DNA of 64,000 nucleotides from an uncultured Acidobacteriota bacterium (GCA_963702425.1 CAVPCQ010000037.1:1-64000); one strand, 5' to 3'. Shown: positions 35,719-47,000, counted from the first letter of the stretch. Numbers and translations are program-made. Notes: generated by a model from the sequence alone, not told the origin.

Positions 35719-38364
35719 GTGCCCTCGCTCGGCGATGCCGGGACGGGTCTGCGCGACCTCCTGCGACGCGGCCTCCAGGGGATCGCCTCGTTCTCCGTCT
35801 TCCATCCGAAGAGCGTGCTGCTGGTCGTCGCGATCGTCACCGGGCTCGCGATCTGGCAGGCTTCGATGCTGCGGATCTCGACCGACGTCGAGTCGCTGCT
35901 GCCCCGAAACGTCGAGTCTGCCCAGCGGATCAAGACGCTGCTCAAGAGCTTCGGCGGCAGCGAGCCGGTGCTCGTCGCGATCTCGGGGAACGGCAGCGAG
36001 GACCTCGAGGATCGGATCGACCTCGCGCTCGCGATCCGCGAGCGGCTCACCGACCACCCCGACCTGCACACCGTCACCGGGCTGTTCGGCGAGGACCCGT
36101 GGGCGCTGCTCGAGGGGCCGCAGGCGACCGCGCTGCTGCTCTACCTGACCCCCGCGGAGATCGCCACAGTGGCCGAGCGGTTGACGCCGGACGCGATCGA
36201 CCGCCGGGTCGCGGAGAACCGCGAGGCCCTGCGCTCCCCGCTCGGCCCGCTGACCGCGCGCCTCTATGCCGAGGATCCGCTCGGCTTCGCGGGGCTGGCG
36301 CTGAAGCAGATCGGCGCGCTGAAGGGGGGCCTCCGGATCGCGTCGCGCGAGGGGATCCTCGTCACCGAGGACGACGCCTACGCGCTGCTCCTGCTGCGGC
36401 CGAAGGTCAACACGAACGACATCGAGACCGCCCGGCGCGTGCTCGGGGCGGTCGAGGCCGCGTCGCGCGACGCGCTCGAGCAGGCCGAGATCACCGGGAC
36501 GGTCGGGATCGGGCCACCGGCGGAGGGGACCCCCGCGGGGCAGATCCATGTCGGACTGGCCGGGTCGCCCGCGATCCTGGTCGGCTTCCGGAGCAGCCTG
36601 GCGGGCGACCTGCAGCTGGTGTCGCTCACCTCGTACTTCGCACAGCTCGCGCTCTTCGCGCTCGCGTTCCGCCGCGTCGGCGGGCTGCTGGTCGCCGGGA
36701 GCTCCCTGCTCGTCGGCGCGATCTGGGCGCTCGGGTTCGCGGGGGTGGCGATCGGCGAGATCAACATCTTCACGGTCGGCTCGATCGGCATCCTGTGCGG
36801 GCTGACCGTCGATTTCACGGTTCACCTCTACAATCGCTACCTGGAGGAGGTGCACGCCGGCCAGGACATGGCCAAGGCCTTCTCGATCTCGCACGGCGAG
36901 ACCGGGATCGGGATCCTGGCCTCGGTCGGCGTGATGGTCTGGGCCTTCTTCGCCGCCGGGCTCTCCGAGTTTCGCGGCCTGCGGGACCTCGGGCTGATCT
37001 GCGGCGCGGGCCTCGCCCTCTCGCTGCTCGCGTCGCTCTTCATGGTGCCGGCGCTGACCGCGCTCTGGGTCCGGCACTATCCGCGGCCCGACACGCCGCG
37101 CGGCCTGGCCGGGTTCGGGCTCGAGCCGGTGCTGACCGGCGTGGTGCGGCATCCGTGGCTGACGATTGCGCTGGGGCTGGTCCTGACGCTCGCGCTCGTC
37201 TTCCCGGCAGCCGCGGTTCACCTCGACGAGGACTTCTCGCGCTTCCGGCCGCAGAGCAACCCGGCGATCAAGCTGCAGAACGAGATCGCCGCCCGCACCG
37301 GGACCTCGCTGCAGGCCGTGCTCGCGCTGGTGCCCGGCGCCTCGGACGCCGAGATCCTCGAGCGCTCGGCGCGGGTCGAGGCCGGGCTGGCCCCGCTGGC
37401 GGTCGGCGAGCGCGCCCCGCTCGCCGCGGTGCTGGGGCCGGCGCGCGTGATCCCCCCGCCATCGGTACAGCAGGCGGCGCTCGACCAGCTCGCCGCGCTG
37501 CGGGGACGGGGGGCGCTCGACCCCGACGCGGTCGTGCGCGAGTTGCTCGCCGCCGAGGAGCGGAACGGCTTCCGGATCGACGAACGCGCGCACCGGGCCG
37601 CCGAGCGGGTGCGCGCGATCCTGTCGCGCGACACGCTCCTGACCGTGACGGAGATGAAGGAGGGGCCGCTCGCCAACCTCCTCGACGATCTGATCATCGA
37701 GGACGATCGCGGCCAGCGGCTCGGGATCGTATCGGCCTACCCGCGGCCAGAGGCGCGGAGCGTCGCACTGATCCCCGCGATGCGCGAAGCGATCGCGGCC
37801 AGCGGCGTGCCGGCGGACCTGGCCGGCGCCCGGGTGCTGTCCCAGGAGATCCGACCGATCATGCTCCGCGACGGGATCATCGCGACCATCGTCTCGGCCG
37901 TCGGCGTGACGATCATCCTGCTGCTGGCGTTCCGTCGCCCCGCCCTGGTGCTGCTGACGATGGTCCCGCTCGTCACCGGCCTGATCGCTTCCGTCGGCCT
38001 GATGTCCCTGTTCGGGATCGACTTCAACCTGGTGACGATCTCGATGCTTCCGCTGATCCTGGGGATCGCGATCGACAACGGGATCCACGTCGTCCACCGC
38101 TATCTCGAGGGGACCGAAGGCGTCTCCCGCGAGGACATGGTCGAGGTCTTCCGCCACACCGGGCGCGGCGTCGTGATGGCCACGTTGACGACGGTCGTCG
38201 GGTTCGGCGCGCTGCTCTTCGCCGACAACCCGAGCCTGATCTCCTCCGGGATCCTCGCGATGCTCGGGACGGCCGCGACGCTCGTCGCGGCGGTCACGAT
38301 CCTCCCGGCGCTGCTGTCGCTCCTGCCCGTTCCGGGGCGCGGCGGGCGGGGGCGGCAGCCGTAG
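35719..38364 (+). CDS. MMPL/RND-family exporter
   Basis: Two repeats of 1 TM + periplasmic domain + 5 TM; GLTVDFTVH and GIAIDNGIH motifs. Confidence 0.88.
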   Translation: MPSLGDAGTGLRDLLRRGLQGIASFSVFHPKSVLLVVAIVTGLAIWQASMLRISTDVESLLPRNVESAQRIKTLLKSFGGSEPVLVAISGNGSEDLEDRIDLALAIRERLTDHPDLHTVTGLFGEDPWALLEGPQATALLLYLTPAEIATVAERLTPDAIDRRVAENREALRSPLGPLTARLYAEDPLGFAGLALKQIGALKGGLRIASREGILVTEDDAYALLLLRPKVNTNDIETARRVLGAVEAASRDALEQAEITGTVGIGPPAEGTPAGQIHVGLAGSPAILVGFRSSLAGDLQLVSLTSYFAQLALFALAFRRVGGLLVAGSSLLVGAIWALGFAGVAIGEINIFTVGSIGILCGLTVDFTVHLYNRYLEEVHAGQDMAKAFSISHGETGIGILASVGVMVWAFFAAGLSEFRGLRDLGLICGAGLALSLLASLFMVPALTALWVRHYPRPDTPRGLAGFGLEPVLTGVVRHPWLTIALGLVLTLALVFPAAAVHLDEDFSRFRPQSNPAIKLQNEIAARTGTSLQAVLALVPGASDAEILERSARVEAGLAPLAVGERAPLAAVLGPARVIPPPSVQQAALDQLAALRGRGALDPDAVVRELLAAEERNGFRIDERAHRAAERVRAILSRDTLLTVTEMKEGPLANLLDDLIIEDDRGQRLGIVSAYPRPEARSVALIPAMREAIAASGVPADLAGARVLSQEIRPIMLRDGIIATIVSAVGVTIILLLAFRRPALVLLTMVPLVTGLIASVGLMSLFGIDFNLVTISMLPLILGIAIDNGIHVVHRYLEGTEGVSREDMVEVFRHTGRGVVMATLTTVVGFGALLFADNPSLISSGILAMLGTAATLVAAVTILPALLSLLPVPGRGGRGRQP

Positions 38365-38368
38365 GCGC

Positions 38369-41179
38369 CTACTTGTACCCGAACAGCATCGTGTAGATGA
38401 TCGCAGCGATCAGCGTCAGGCCGATCGTCAGCGCCGTGTAGCCGAAGAGCCGGAACCAGCGCTCCGTCTGCTTCGGCATCGGGTCCACCAGCCGTCCCTC
38501 GAGCAGCCCGTTCTCGACCAGCTCGCGGTACTCCGCGGGCTTGTCGAACTTCATCTCCTCGACCGGGACGCGGCCGGTGAAAATGACCGGGTCCATCGGG
38601 AACTTGTCCGGTCGGAAGTGTGTGTTGAAGAAGTGGACGGTGAAGATGAACGCCGTCGCCAGCAGCGCCTCGTCGCTGTGGATGATGGTTGCGACGTTGA
38701 TCGCCCAGCCGGGCAGGATCCGGGTGAAGAGCTCCGGGAACCAGAGGAACAGGCCGGAGCCGCCGATCACGATCATCCCCCAGAAGACCGCGAAGTAGTC
38801 GAACTTCTCCCAGTAGGTGAAGCGCCCGTACTCGGGTCGCGGGCCGAGCCCAAAGAACCACTTGAACGATCCGATCACGTCCTTGAGGTCCTGCGCGTTG
38901 AACATCAGCGAGTCCTTGCCGAAGATGAACCGGATCCAGGACAGGCCCGACCGCCGCTTGCGGCGGCCCACGTCGACCAGGTGGTAGGCGAACAGCGCCA
39001 GCATGGCCGTCGCCGCGAGGCGGTGGAACGCCCCCATCGCCTCCGAGCCGCCCAGGAAGTCGGACACCCGCAGCGCCCAGCCCATGTAGGAGAACTTGAG
39101 CGCCATCCCGGTGATCGCGAGGGTGAAGAACGACAGCACCATGATGATGTGCATCGCGCGCGACTTGGCATCGAAGCGCAGGACCTGCTTCTCGGTCGAG
39201 TCCGCGACCAGCGCCTTGTGGTGCTTCCAGAGCTCGCGCGACCGCCAGAGCCGCCACAGCCAGGCCCCGGTGTGCGCGGCGGCGAAGGTCAGGGTGCCGA
39301 CCAGCAGCGAGGTCATGAACAGGAACGCGTAGTACAGCGCGGGATAGCGTGTGCGGTCGTGGTGCGTGGCGTGCGTCAGGTAGCCGGCGAAGCGGCGGTT
39401 CGAGCCCGGGTGGCACTGCGCGCAGGTCGCGATCACGTTCTCTCGCGACAGCCTGGAGTGCACGTCGGTGGCCTTCAGGATGTCATGCGCCCCGTGGCAG
39501 TCCGAGCACTTCGCGGCGCCGGACCGGCCGAGTTGGGTGACCTTGCCGTGGTAGGTCTGGAAGAAGGTCTCCGCCTCGCTCTCGTGGCAGCGGCCGCACT
39601 GGCTCATCATCTGGAAACGGAAGCCCTGCTTGTCGGTACGGCTGATGTCGTGCGAGGTGTGACAGTCCTCGCAGTTCGGGAGTTCCTTCCCTTCCGGCGC
39701 CTTGCCGGTGCCGTGGATGCTGGCCCGGAAGACGTCGACGATCCCCTGGTGACACTTGGCGCAGGTCTGGGCGACGTTGGCCTTGTTGACCGTCGACTTG
39801 GGGTCGCTCGGCGGCAGCTCCCCGTGCGGGGTGTGGCAGTCGGCACAGGTCGCCGTCACGACCAGGCCGCTCTGCAGGAGGCCCACGCCGTGGGTGCTCA
39901 TCTTGTAGCTCTCGACGATGTCCCGGCCGGACTCGAGCTTGATCCGCTGGGCCGCCTTCTCGCCGGTGCGGTGGCACGAGGCGCAGAGCGTCGGAACGTT
40001 GCGCGGGAAAGTATTCGACTCCGGCCAGCGCCGGCTCTGGGTCGCGTGCCGGTCGTGGCAGTCGAGGCACTTCGGCGCGTCGGGGTCGTTCCTGGCCGCG
40101 AGCTGGCCGTGGATGCTCCCCTGGTAGGTCTCGACGACCGCCGCGTGGCAGACCGAGCAGTTGACCTTGTCCGTCACCGCGTCGCAGGGACGCTCGTGGG
40201 AGGTCTGCACCTGGGAGTGGCACTGGGCGCAGGCGACGCGGCCGTGGGCCCCTTTCTGGTGCTCGGTCTCGTCGACGAACATCGAGACCTTCCGGCCGTC
40301 CCGCTCGGCGACCAGGTCGGGCTTGGCGTGGCAACTCAGGCAGTCCCGGTTGGACATCCCCCGGCCGTCGCTCGGGGCCCGGATCTTGTGCGGCGAATGG
40401 CAGTCGGAGCAGGTCGGGATCTGGTGCGGCGCCTCTTCCCATAGCCGCCCCTCGATGATCTTCTGGTGGACCTCCTCGATCCGCACGTGGCACTTCATGC
40501 AGGTCCCGGCGATGTTCTCGCGCGCGACCGACGAGCGCTTGTCGGTGTGGGGGAGCGCCAGGTGCGCGGAGTGGCAGGAGGTACAGACCGCGGTGACGGT
40601 CAGTCCCTTCTTGTAGAGCCCTTCGCCGTGGATCGACTCGGAGTAATTCTCGAGCACCCGCTCCTGCGGGATGTCGGCGTGGGTGCGCTCGACGGGCGAG
40701 CCCTCGTGGTGGCAGCGGCCGCAGGTCTGAGGGATGTTGACGGTGTTGGTCGGCGAGCGCGGGTTGCTGCGCGGCAGGACATCGTGTCGCCCGTGGCACT
40801 CCTTGCAGGTCGGAGCATACGGGTCGCCCTTCGCCGCCGCCTTGCCGTGGAAGCTGACCACGTGATCGGCCTGCTCCTGGCTGTGGCAGGAGCCGCAGTC
40901 GACGATCGCCGCGTCGGGGTCGCCGCCGGCGTGGGCCATGTCGTCGGCCGCGAGGTCGATGTGGCAGGCGACGCAGTCGAGCCCTTTGTGGACCGACTGA
41001 CCCAGCCGCTTCGCGTCCACGGTGACCTGGATCGACCGCCCCTTGCGGGTGCCGGTCATGCCGGGCTCGGAGTGGCAGGAGAGGCAGGTCTCGTTGTCCT
41101 GTGCCGGGGAGGGGATCGGGCCGGCGGCCAGGGCGAAAACGACGACCAAGCCGAGGCGAAGGACGAAGTTCCTACCCAT
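38369..41179 (-). CDS. 19-heme cytochrome c fused to a cytochrome b domain (extended CbcL-like quinol oxidoreductase)
   Basis: Signal peptide, 19 CxxCH motifs, then TM region with MHII, FHRL, YHL, FTYWEKFDYFAVFWG, IHSDEALLA, VHFFN. Confidence 0.9.
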   Translation of the reverse strand: MGRNFVLRLGLVVVFALAAGPIPSPAQDNETCLSCHSEPGMTGTRKGRSIQVTVDAKRLGQSVHKGLDCVACHIDLAADDMAHAGGDPDAAIVDCGSCHSQEQADHVVSFHGKAAAKGDPYAPTCKECHGRHDVLPRSNPRSPTNTVNIPQTCGRCHHEGSPVERTHADIPQERVLENYSESIHGEGLYKKGLTVTAVCTSCHSAHLALPHTDKRSSVARENIAGTCMKCHVRIEEVHQKIIEGRLWEEAPHQIPTCSDCHSPHKIRAPSDGRGMSNRDCLSCHAKPDLVAERDGRKVSMFVDETEHQKGAHGRVACAQCHSQVQTSHERPCDAVTDKVNCSVCHAAVVETYQGSIHGQLAARNDPDAPKCLDCHDRHATQSRRWPESNTFPRNVPTLCASCHRTGEKAAQRIKLESGRDIVESYKMSTHGVGLLQSGLVVTATCADCHTPHGELPPSDPKSTVNKANVAQTCAKCHQGIVDVFRASIHGTGKAPEGKELPNCEDCHTSHDISRTDKQGFRFQMMSQCGRCHESEAETFFQTYHGKVTQLGRSGAAKCSDCHGAHDILKATDVHSRLSRENVIATCAQCHPGSNRRFAGYLTHATHHDRTRYPALYYAFLFMTSLLVGTLTFAAAHTGAWLWRLWRSRELWKHHKALVADSTEKQVLRFDAKSRAMHIIMVLSFFTLAITGMALKFSYMGWALRVSDFLGGSEAMGAFHRLAATAMLALFAYHLVDVGRRKRRSGLSWIRFIFGKDSLMFNAQDLKDVIGSFKWFFGLGPRPEYGRFTYWEKFDYFAVFWGMIVIGGSGLFLWFPELFTRILPGWAINVATIIHSDEALLATAFIFTVHFFNTHFRPDKFPMDPVIFTGRVPVEEMKFDKPAEYRELVENGLLEGRLVDPMPKQTERWFRLFGYTALTIGLTLIAAIIYTMLFGYK

Positions 41180-41243
41180 GGACGCCCTCGAGGGTGCGGC
41201 CAGACCGGGACGACTTATCTGCCTGGCAGGCCGGGACAGGGAG

Positions 41244-41273
41244 ATCGTACCCCCCGCTCCCCAAGGAAGTCAA
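41244..41273 (-). promoter_or_regulatory. Sigma70-like promoter TTGACT-N18-TACGAT for the 19-heme gene
   Basis: Near-consensus hexamers about 65 bp upstream of the ATG at 41179. Confidence 0.5.
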
Positions 41274-41328
41274 CTAATAGGTAAGGCACGGTAAATGGGG
41301 TGGGGCTAACGCGCACTCCCCGGAGGCG

Positions 41329-42501
41329 TTAGCGGGAAGATCCCACCGGAACGGGGCGCGTCCAGACGACCGGTAGCCGGATCAGTCCCCGCCGCACCAG
41401 GCGCCGGAGGACGCGGATCGTCTCGACCTCCCGCATCGGCGCGATCTCGACGATGTCGGACACGCTCCAGTGGCCGTCCAGGCGGGAGAGCAGGAAGAAC
41501 TCCTCGGGCCGCAGCGGCTCGGAGATCAACTCCTCGAGCGGGCGCGGCAGGGAGGGGATCGCGTCGGCCGGGAACTCCTCGGCGTAGACCCGGCCGAGGA
41601 AGATCCCTTCGGCCTCGCGCCGGACCTCCGTCGCCTCGGCGTCCTGGGCCACGGAGACATCGCCCAGCAGGGCCAGCGCGGCCTCCGCGTCGCCGCGTCC
41701 GAGCCGCTCCTTCGCGGCAACGATCCGCGCGGCGCCGGAGAGCCCGGCGAGTTCGGCGTCGGGGGCGTCGCCGGTGACGAGCGGGAGCGGCGGTCCCTCG
41801 AGCGAGATGATCGTGACGAGGTTGGCCCGGAAGGCCTCGTAGAGGAATTTCTTCACCGGGAACGGGGAGGCGTGGAGGCCGAACGCCACCTCGTCCAGCG
41901 TGCGCCGCCCATCGAGGCATTCGAGGATCCGGCGCGCCAGCGGGTGATCGACGATCTCGCGCGGAGCCGAGGCCGGCGTCCGGGCCAGGACCACCCGCCC
42001 GTCCGGAAAGATCTCGCGGATCCGCTGCATTTCGTCATGGCGGTGCACGCCGCGCAGCAACACGTGGTCCACCGGCAGCGAGATCAGCACCACCTTCGGG
42101 CCGGGGCGGGCCCCCGGCTGGAAGAGGAAGTCGGCATCCTCCCACTCGAAGAGCGAGTAGACGATCTCCTCCGTGCGCTCGGCGAGCGCACGCAGGAGGT
42201 CGTCCTTGTTGACGAAGCCCAGCCGCACCAGCACCTGGCCCAGGAACTCGTCGCCTTCGCGCCGCGCCAGCAGCGCCGCCCGCAACTGCTCCTCGTTGAG
42301 CTTGCCGCGCGCGACCAGGACGTGGCCGAGCATCTCGGTCGGCTCGTTGGAGGCCGCGCCGACGATCGTTCCGTCCTGGACGTAGAGCTCCTTGGCCGTC
42401 GTCGCGCGGCGGAAGTCGAACCGTCCGGTCTTCTGCGCGCCAGCGGCCCACTGCAGAAGATCGGCCAGTCCCATGGTCACCAAGGTGCCGGACAGGCTCA
42501 T
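41329..42501 (-). CDS. DUF4388 (PatA-N-like) domain protein
   Basis: MSLSGTLVTMGLADLLQW..QKTG, LGHVLV..G, LFEWEDADF, repeated LDGRRT/LDGHWS segments. Confidence 0.82.
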   Translation of the reverse strand: MSLSGTLVTMGLADLLQWAAGAQKTGRFDFRRATTAKELYVQDGTIVGAASNEPTEMLGHVLVARGKLNEEQLRAALLARREGDEFLGQVLVRLGFVNKDDLLRALAERTEEIVYSLFEWEDADFLFQPGARPGPKVVLISLPVDHVLLRGVHRHDEMQRIREIFPDGRVVLARTPASAPREIVDHPLARRILECLDGRRTLDEVAFGLHASPFPVKKFLYEAFRANLVTIISLEGPPLPLVTGDAPDAELAGLSGAARIVAAKERLGRGDAEAALALLGDVSVAQDAEATEVRREAEGIFLGRVYAEEFPADAIPSLPRPLEELISEPLRPEEFFLLSRLDGHWSVSDIVEIAPMREVETIRVLRRLVRRGLIRLPVVWTRPVPVGSSR

Positions 42502-42644
42502 TGGGTGTCTCAGGGCCGAGGGAAGGCCCGCAGGGACAGTAGGCTCCGGCTCCCCCCGGCGGCAAGCCGGGCCGACCGCGCGTCGACTCCCGCCGCCCCG
42601 GGGGCCTATGTTCCCGGCGGGCGCTTCAGGAGACGAAACCGGCC

Positions 42645-43145
42645 ATGACGACCGAGACGGCAGGGGTGGGCGAGGCCCAGTTCCGGGTCCCGAAAGTCAC
42701 CGTCGACGCGGAGTTCCTGCTCGAGGGCGGCCCCTGGGTCACCGGGAGGGTCTTCCTCTTCCCGGATGCGGGCACCCACGGCGGCCGGGAGCGGGTGATC
42801 GACCTGCTCCGCGCACGGGAGTCGTTCTTCCCGGCGACCTTCGGCGGGAGGGCGCGCCTCGTCAACAAGGCCCGGCTGCTCGCGGTGCGGGTCGCCGACG
42901 CGGGCGACGCGGGGGTCGACGAAGAGCTGGTCACGGCCTTCATCGCGGTCCCGGTGACGATCGAGCTGGCCGGAGCGGCCGCCGACGCCAGTTCGCTCGG
43001 CGGGGTGCTCCACCTCGAGACCGCGCCGGGACGCCACCGCCTCCTCGACTATCTCAACACGGTCGGCGAGTTCGTTCCGCTCGAGCAGGAGGCGGGAATC
43101 GTGCTCGTCGCGACGCGCGCGATCGCCGGCGTCCGGCCGCTCTAA
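42645..43145 (+). CDS. Hypothetical protein with two similar beta-rich repeats (DUF6812-like)
   Basis: RVIDLL...FFP...LVNK and RLLDYLN...FVP...LVATR repeats. Confidence 0.6.
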   Translation: MTTETAGVGEAQFRVPKVTVDAEFLLEGGPWVTGRVFLFPDAGTHGGRERVIDLLRARESFFPATFGGRARLVNKARLLAVRVADAGDAGVDEELVTAFIAVPVTIELAGAAADASSLGGVLHLETAPGRHRLLDYLNTVGEFVPLEQEAGIVLVATRAIAGVRPL

Positions 43146-43942
43146 CCGATGACGGCGAACTCGATCGCTTCCCCGGCCGTGAGGCCGAGGCGGGCCGCCG
43201 CGCTCCCCTGGTCGAGCGCCAGTTCGAGGTAGCCGGACGAGCCCCAGAGCAGGAAGACGTCGCCGGCCGGCGCGTCGCTGAAGGTGCGGTGCACGCCGAG
43301 CGCGCGCATCGCGCCCGGCAGGCCGAGCGTGCTCTCCTGCACCCCGCAGCGCGCGAGCGCCTCGCGGGTCAGGTTGCACGCGACGTTCCCGAAGCGGTCG
43401 ACGGCGAGCACACCGGCGTGCAGCCGCGCCCCGTCGCGGCGCGGCGCGGTCAACGGCAGGCGGACCGGATCGCTCACTTCCGGCCCGATATCCGCCAGCG
43501 GTGCGCCGCGGGCAAGCCGTCCCGCGACGGGGGCGAACAGGTCGCGGCCGTGAAACGTCGGGTGGGCCTCCGCCAGCCCGAGACGTGGGGCGTCGATCGC
43601 CCGCAGCTCGGCCACCTCCAGCCGGTCGTAGATCGCGGTGAAGAGCCCGTTGTCCGGGCCGACGAAGAGGCTCCCGCCGGCCGAGAAGGCAAGCGCCCGG
43701 CGCGGGCCGCCCACCCCCGGATCGACGACCGCGAGGTGCACCGTGCCGCGCGGGAACCAGGGCGCGGCGGCCCCCAGCAGGTAGGCGCCCGCGAGGCGAT
43801 CGTACGGGGGCAGGTCGTGGCCGATGTCAACCAGCTGCACGCCCGGGCAGGCCGTGAGGAGGGCCCCGCGGAGCGCCCCGAGGTAGGGATCGCGCGTGCC
43901 GAAGTCCGTGGTCAGGGTGATGAGCGGCGGAGTCGAGGCCAT
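43142..43942 (-). CDS. SAM hydroxide adenosyltransferase / chlorinase-fluorinase family (DUF62)
   Basis: LTTDFG, VVDPGVG, GPDNG, TFHGRDLFAP, DRFGN, GYLELA. Confidence 0.9.
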   Translation of the reverse strand: MASTPPLITLTTDFGTRDPYLGALRGALLTACPGVQLVDIGHDLPPYDRLAGAYLLGAAAPWFPRGTVHLAVVDPGVGGPRRALAFSAGGSLFVGPDNGLFTAIYDRLEVAELRAIDAPRLGLAEAHPTFHGRDLFAPVAGRLARGAPLADIGPEVSDPVRLPLTAPRRDGARLHAGVLAVDRFGNVACNLTREALARCGVQESTLGLPGAMRALGVHRTFSDAPAGDVFLLWGSSGYLELALDQGSAAARLGLTAGEAIEFAVIG

Positions 43943-44022
43943 GCGCGGGTTTGAACCTCCGGCGGTTTCCTTCATCATGCCGGAACTGCCGCCCCTCTTG
44001 CCTGGCGCGCGGAGACCCTTCG

Positions 44023-47000
44023 ATGCGAGGCTGCACCGTCCTGCGCCCCTGGCTCGTCGTGGCCGCCTGCGCCGCCGCGATCGGCGCGGCGTCCGGAGAA
44101 GGGGTGGACCTCGTGCCCGGTCGCCCCGAGTTGACGCGCCCCGTGCACGCGATCGGGCTCGTGCTGCCGGACGGAACCGCCCCCGAGGCCGCGGCGGCCG
44201 CGCTGGCGCCGCCCGAGGTGCGCGGCGAGGTTTCGGCTCCGGGGCGGGCCTGGGGCGCGCTCCGCATCCGCTGGGCCGACGCCGAAGCGGTGCCCGGCAC
44301 GATCGATCTCACGCGCTGGGATCCGCTCGTCCTCGCGCTGGCGCGCGCGGGGCAGCCGCTGCTGGTCGTGATCGAGGGGGGGCACGCGGCCTACGGCTCC
44401 TTCTCGGCGGACGGGCTCCTGCCGGCCGCGGGAACCGACGCCGGCGCCGGGCTCGATGCCTACCGCCGCGGCTGGAACCGCCTGCTGCGCGAGGTCGCCC
44501 GGCGCTGGTCCGGGAAGGTCGCGGCCTTCGCGGTGGACGGTGCGCTTCCCGGCGCGGCCGCGCCGGAAGCGACGCGCCTGGTCGCCTACGAGATCAAGTC
44601 GGCCGCGGTCACGGTCACCGCCGAGGCGCCGGCGAGCGGCTTCTGGCTGCGCGCACGCGACGCCCGCGAGGCGGCGCTCATCGTCGCCGCCTTCGAGGCT
44701 TCGGCCGACCTCGTGCCGTACGTCGACGGCCTGCTCTTCGCGACCGCGGCGGGCGAGGACCTCGCGGCCCGGGCGGCGGAAGAGCGGGCCCGCTGGCTAG
44801 CGGTCGAGGCCGCGGCCTCGCTGGCCTTCGAGGCCTCGGTGCCCGCGGACCTGGCGGCCACGGCCCGCGACGACGCGGCACTCGAGCGGGCCGCGGAACT
44901 GCTCGGCGGCGGCGCCGACCTGGCACTGATCGAGGTCCCGGGGCCCGTCGCTGCCGCCGGCGCTCCGCCCGGGGCGCGGAGCATCGCCGCCTTCGCGGCG
45001 CTGGTCGGGCCGTCGTACGGGCTGGCGCCGCGGGAGGGCCGCGGCCTCGACTGGATCGCACCCGCGGCGGGAGTTCGCTGGGCCTACTACTTCGACGAAG
45101 ACCGCTTCCGCGAGGTCGCCGTCTACTGGGCCGGACCGGGGCTGGCCGCGCCCGGCGAGGCCACGGTCCGGGTCGAGCGCACGCTGCGCCGCGAGATCAC
45201 GCTGTTCGACCCGCTCGGGCGGATCGCCACCCCGCCGCGCCTCGAGCCGCAGGCCGACGGCACCGTGCTGGTGACGGTGCCGCTCGCGCCGCGGCCGCTG
45301 CTGCTGGCGATCCAGCGCGAGAAGACCTCTCCCGGGGGCGTCGGGCTCGATGCGGCCGAGAGCGAGTCACGGAGCACGAGGACGGTCACGGCCGAGGAGA
45401 TCATCGCCGCGCACCAGCGGTTCCGCGCGTTCCAGGACGACCGCCTGAAGACCGTCCAGCGCCCGGGCCAGATCAGCTTCCGAGCGCGCGTCGGCGTCTC
45501 GACCGGGTCGCTCGACCTGTCGGTCAAGGCCGATCAGTTCTGGGAGCCCGCGACCGGGGGGGAGTGGGTGATCCTCGACACCTACTTCAACGGCGTCAAG
45601 CTCAACTGGAACAAGTTCCCCGAACTCCCCTTCCTGAGCCGCGAGAAGATCGTCGCCGCGCCGCTCGACCTGAACCTGGATCGGCGCTACGGCTACGAAT
45701 ACGAGGGGGTCGAGGAGGTCGACGGCCGGCCGGCGTGGCGACTCAGGTTCGAGCCGCTGGCGGACACGGTCTCGCTCTATCGGGGCACCGCGTGGATCGA
45801 CCAGCGCACGGCCGCGCTGCTCAAGGTCCGGCTGCGCTTCACGAAGACCGAGCCGCCGATCATCTCGGACGAGGAGACCCAGGCCTACGCCCCCTACGAG
45901 GGGCCCGACGGCACCTCCTTCTGGCTCCCGAGCCGGCTCGACGGCCAGCAGATCTACACGATTGCCGGCGCCAACGTCGTCGTGCTGCGCGAGATCGACT
46001 TCGGCGCGCCCGCGATCAACGGACCCGGGTTCGCCGCGGCGCGCGCGCAAGTCTACGCCTCCGACCGGCAGATGCTGCGCGACACCGACACCGGCTACAA
46101 ATGGCTCTCGAAGAACGAAGAGGGCGAGCGGACCGTGCTGGAGAATGGCGATCCGACGCAGTGGTTCGCCGTGGCCGGCGCGCTCCGCGACTCCTCGACG
46201 CAGGGGGTCGTCCCGCTCGCCGGGGCCAACTACGTCGACATCGACTTCCGCGGGAAGAAGGAGATCTTCAACGCCTTCCTCGCCGGGGCGTTCAACAACA
46301 TCGCCTGGACCGCCCCCAGCTTCCTCGGCACCCGCCTCGACGCGGGAGTCAACGCCACCCTCGTCGGCATCAAGCTGGTCGACAGCGTCTACGAGAACGC
46401 CGAGGAGATCCCGTCGCAGGCCGTGGCCACGATCCCGCAGGAGCTGCGCCTGACGTTCGGCTACCCGCTCGGAGATTTCGTCAAATTCCGGTCCACGCTG
46501 GGGCTGGGCTACATCAATGTCCGGAACGCCGACACCACGAAGAACTTCGTCCTGCCGCCCGACCACTTCGTCTACGAGGGCAGCTTGTCCGTGGGCTTCG
46601 ACCGCGGCGGCTGGAGCCTCGGCCTGCGTGGCGCGTACTCGGTCCGCTCGCAGTGGGCTCCCTGGGGACCGGACGGGGACCTCGCCACGCCGGCCGAGAT
46701 CGCGACGGCGAAGTCCTTCACCACGTGGGAGGCCGCGGTCCAGAAGTCGTTCTTCCTGCCCTACTTCCAGAAGATCGAGCTGGCCGCGACCTGGTACGAC
46801 GGCCAGGACCTGGACCGCTTCTCGGACTACGACTTCGGCCTGTTCGGAGCGAACCGTCTGCCCGGCTTCGGTGGCGCCGGGATCCGCTTCTCCCGCGGCG
46901 GCGTGTTCGAGCTGACCTACGGCTTCAACATCGCGCAGGTCGTGGGGTTCGACGTGGACCTCGAATACGGGCTGGTCGACGACCCGCAGGTGGCGCCCGG

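Noticed and set aside
43142-43942. Possible fluorinase/chlorinase natural-product gene
   Set aside because: Retains Asp/Arg/His-type motifs (VVDPGVG..RR, TFHGRD) typical of the widespread DUF62 SAM hydrolases; no biosynthetic cluster context.
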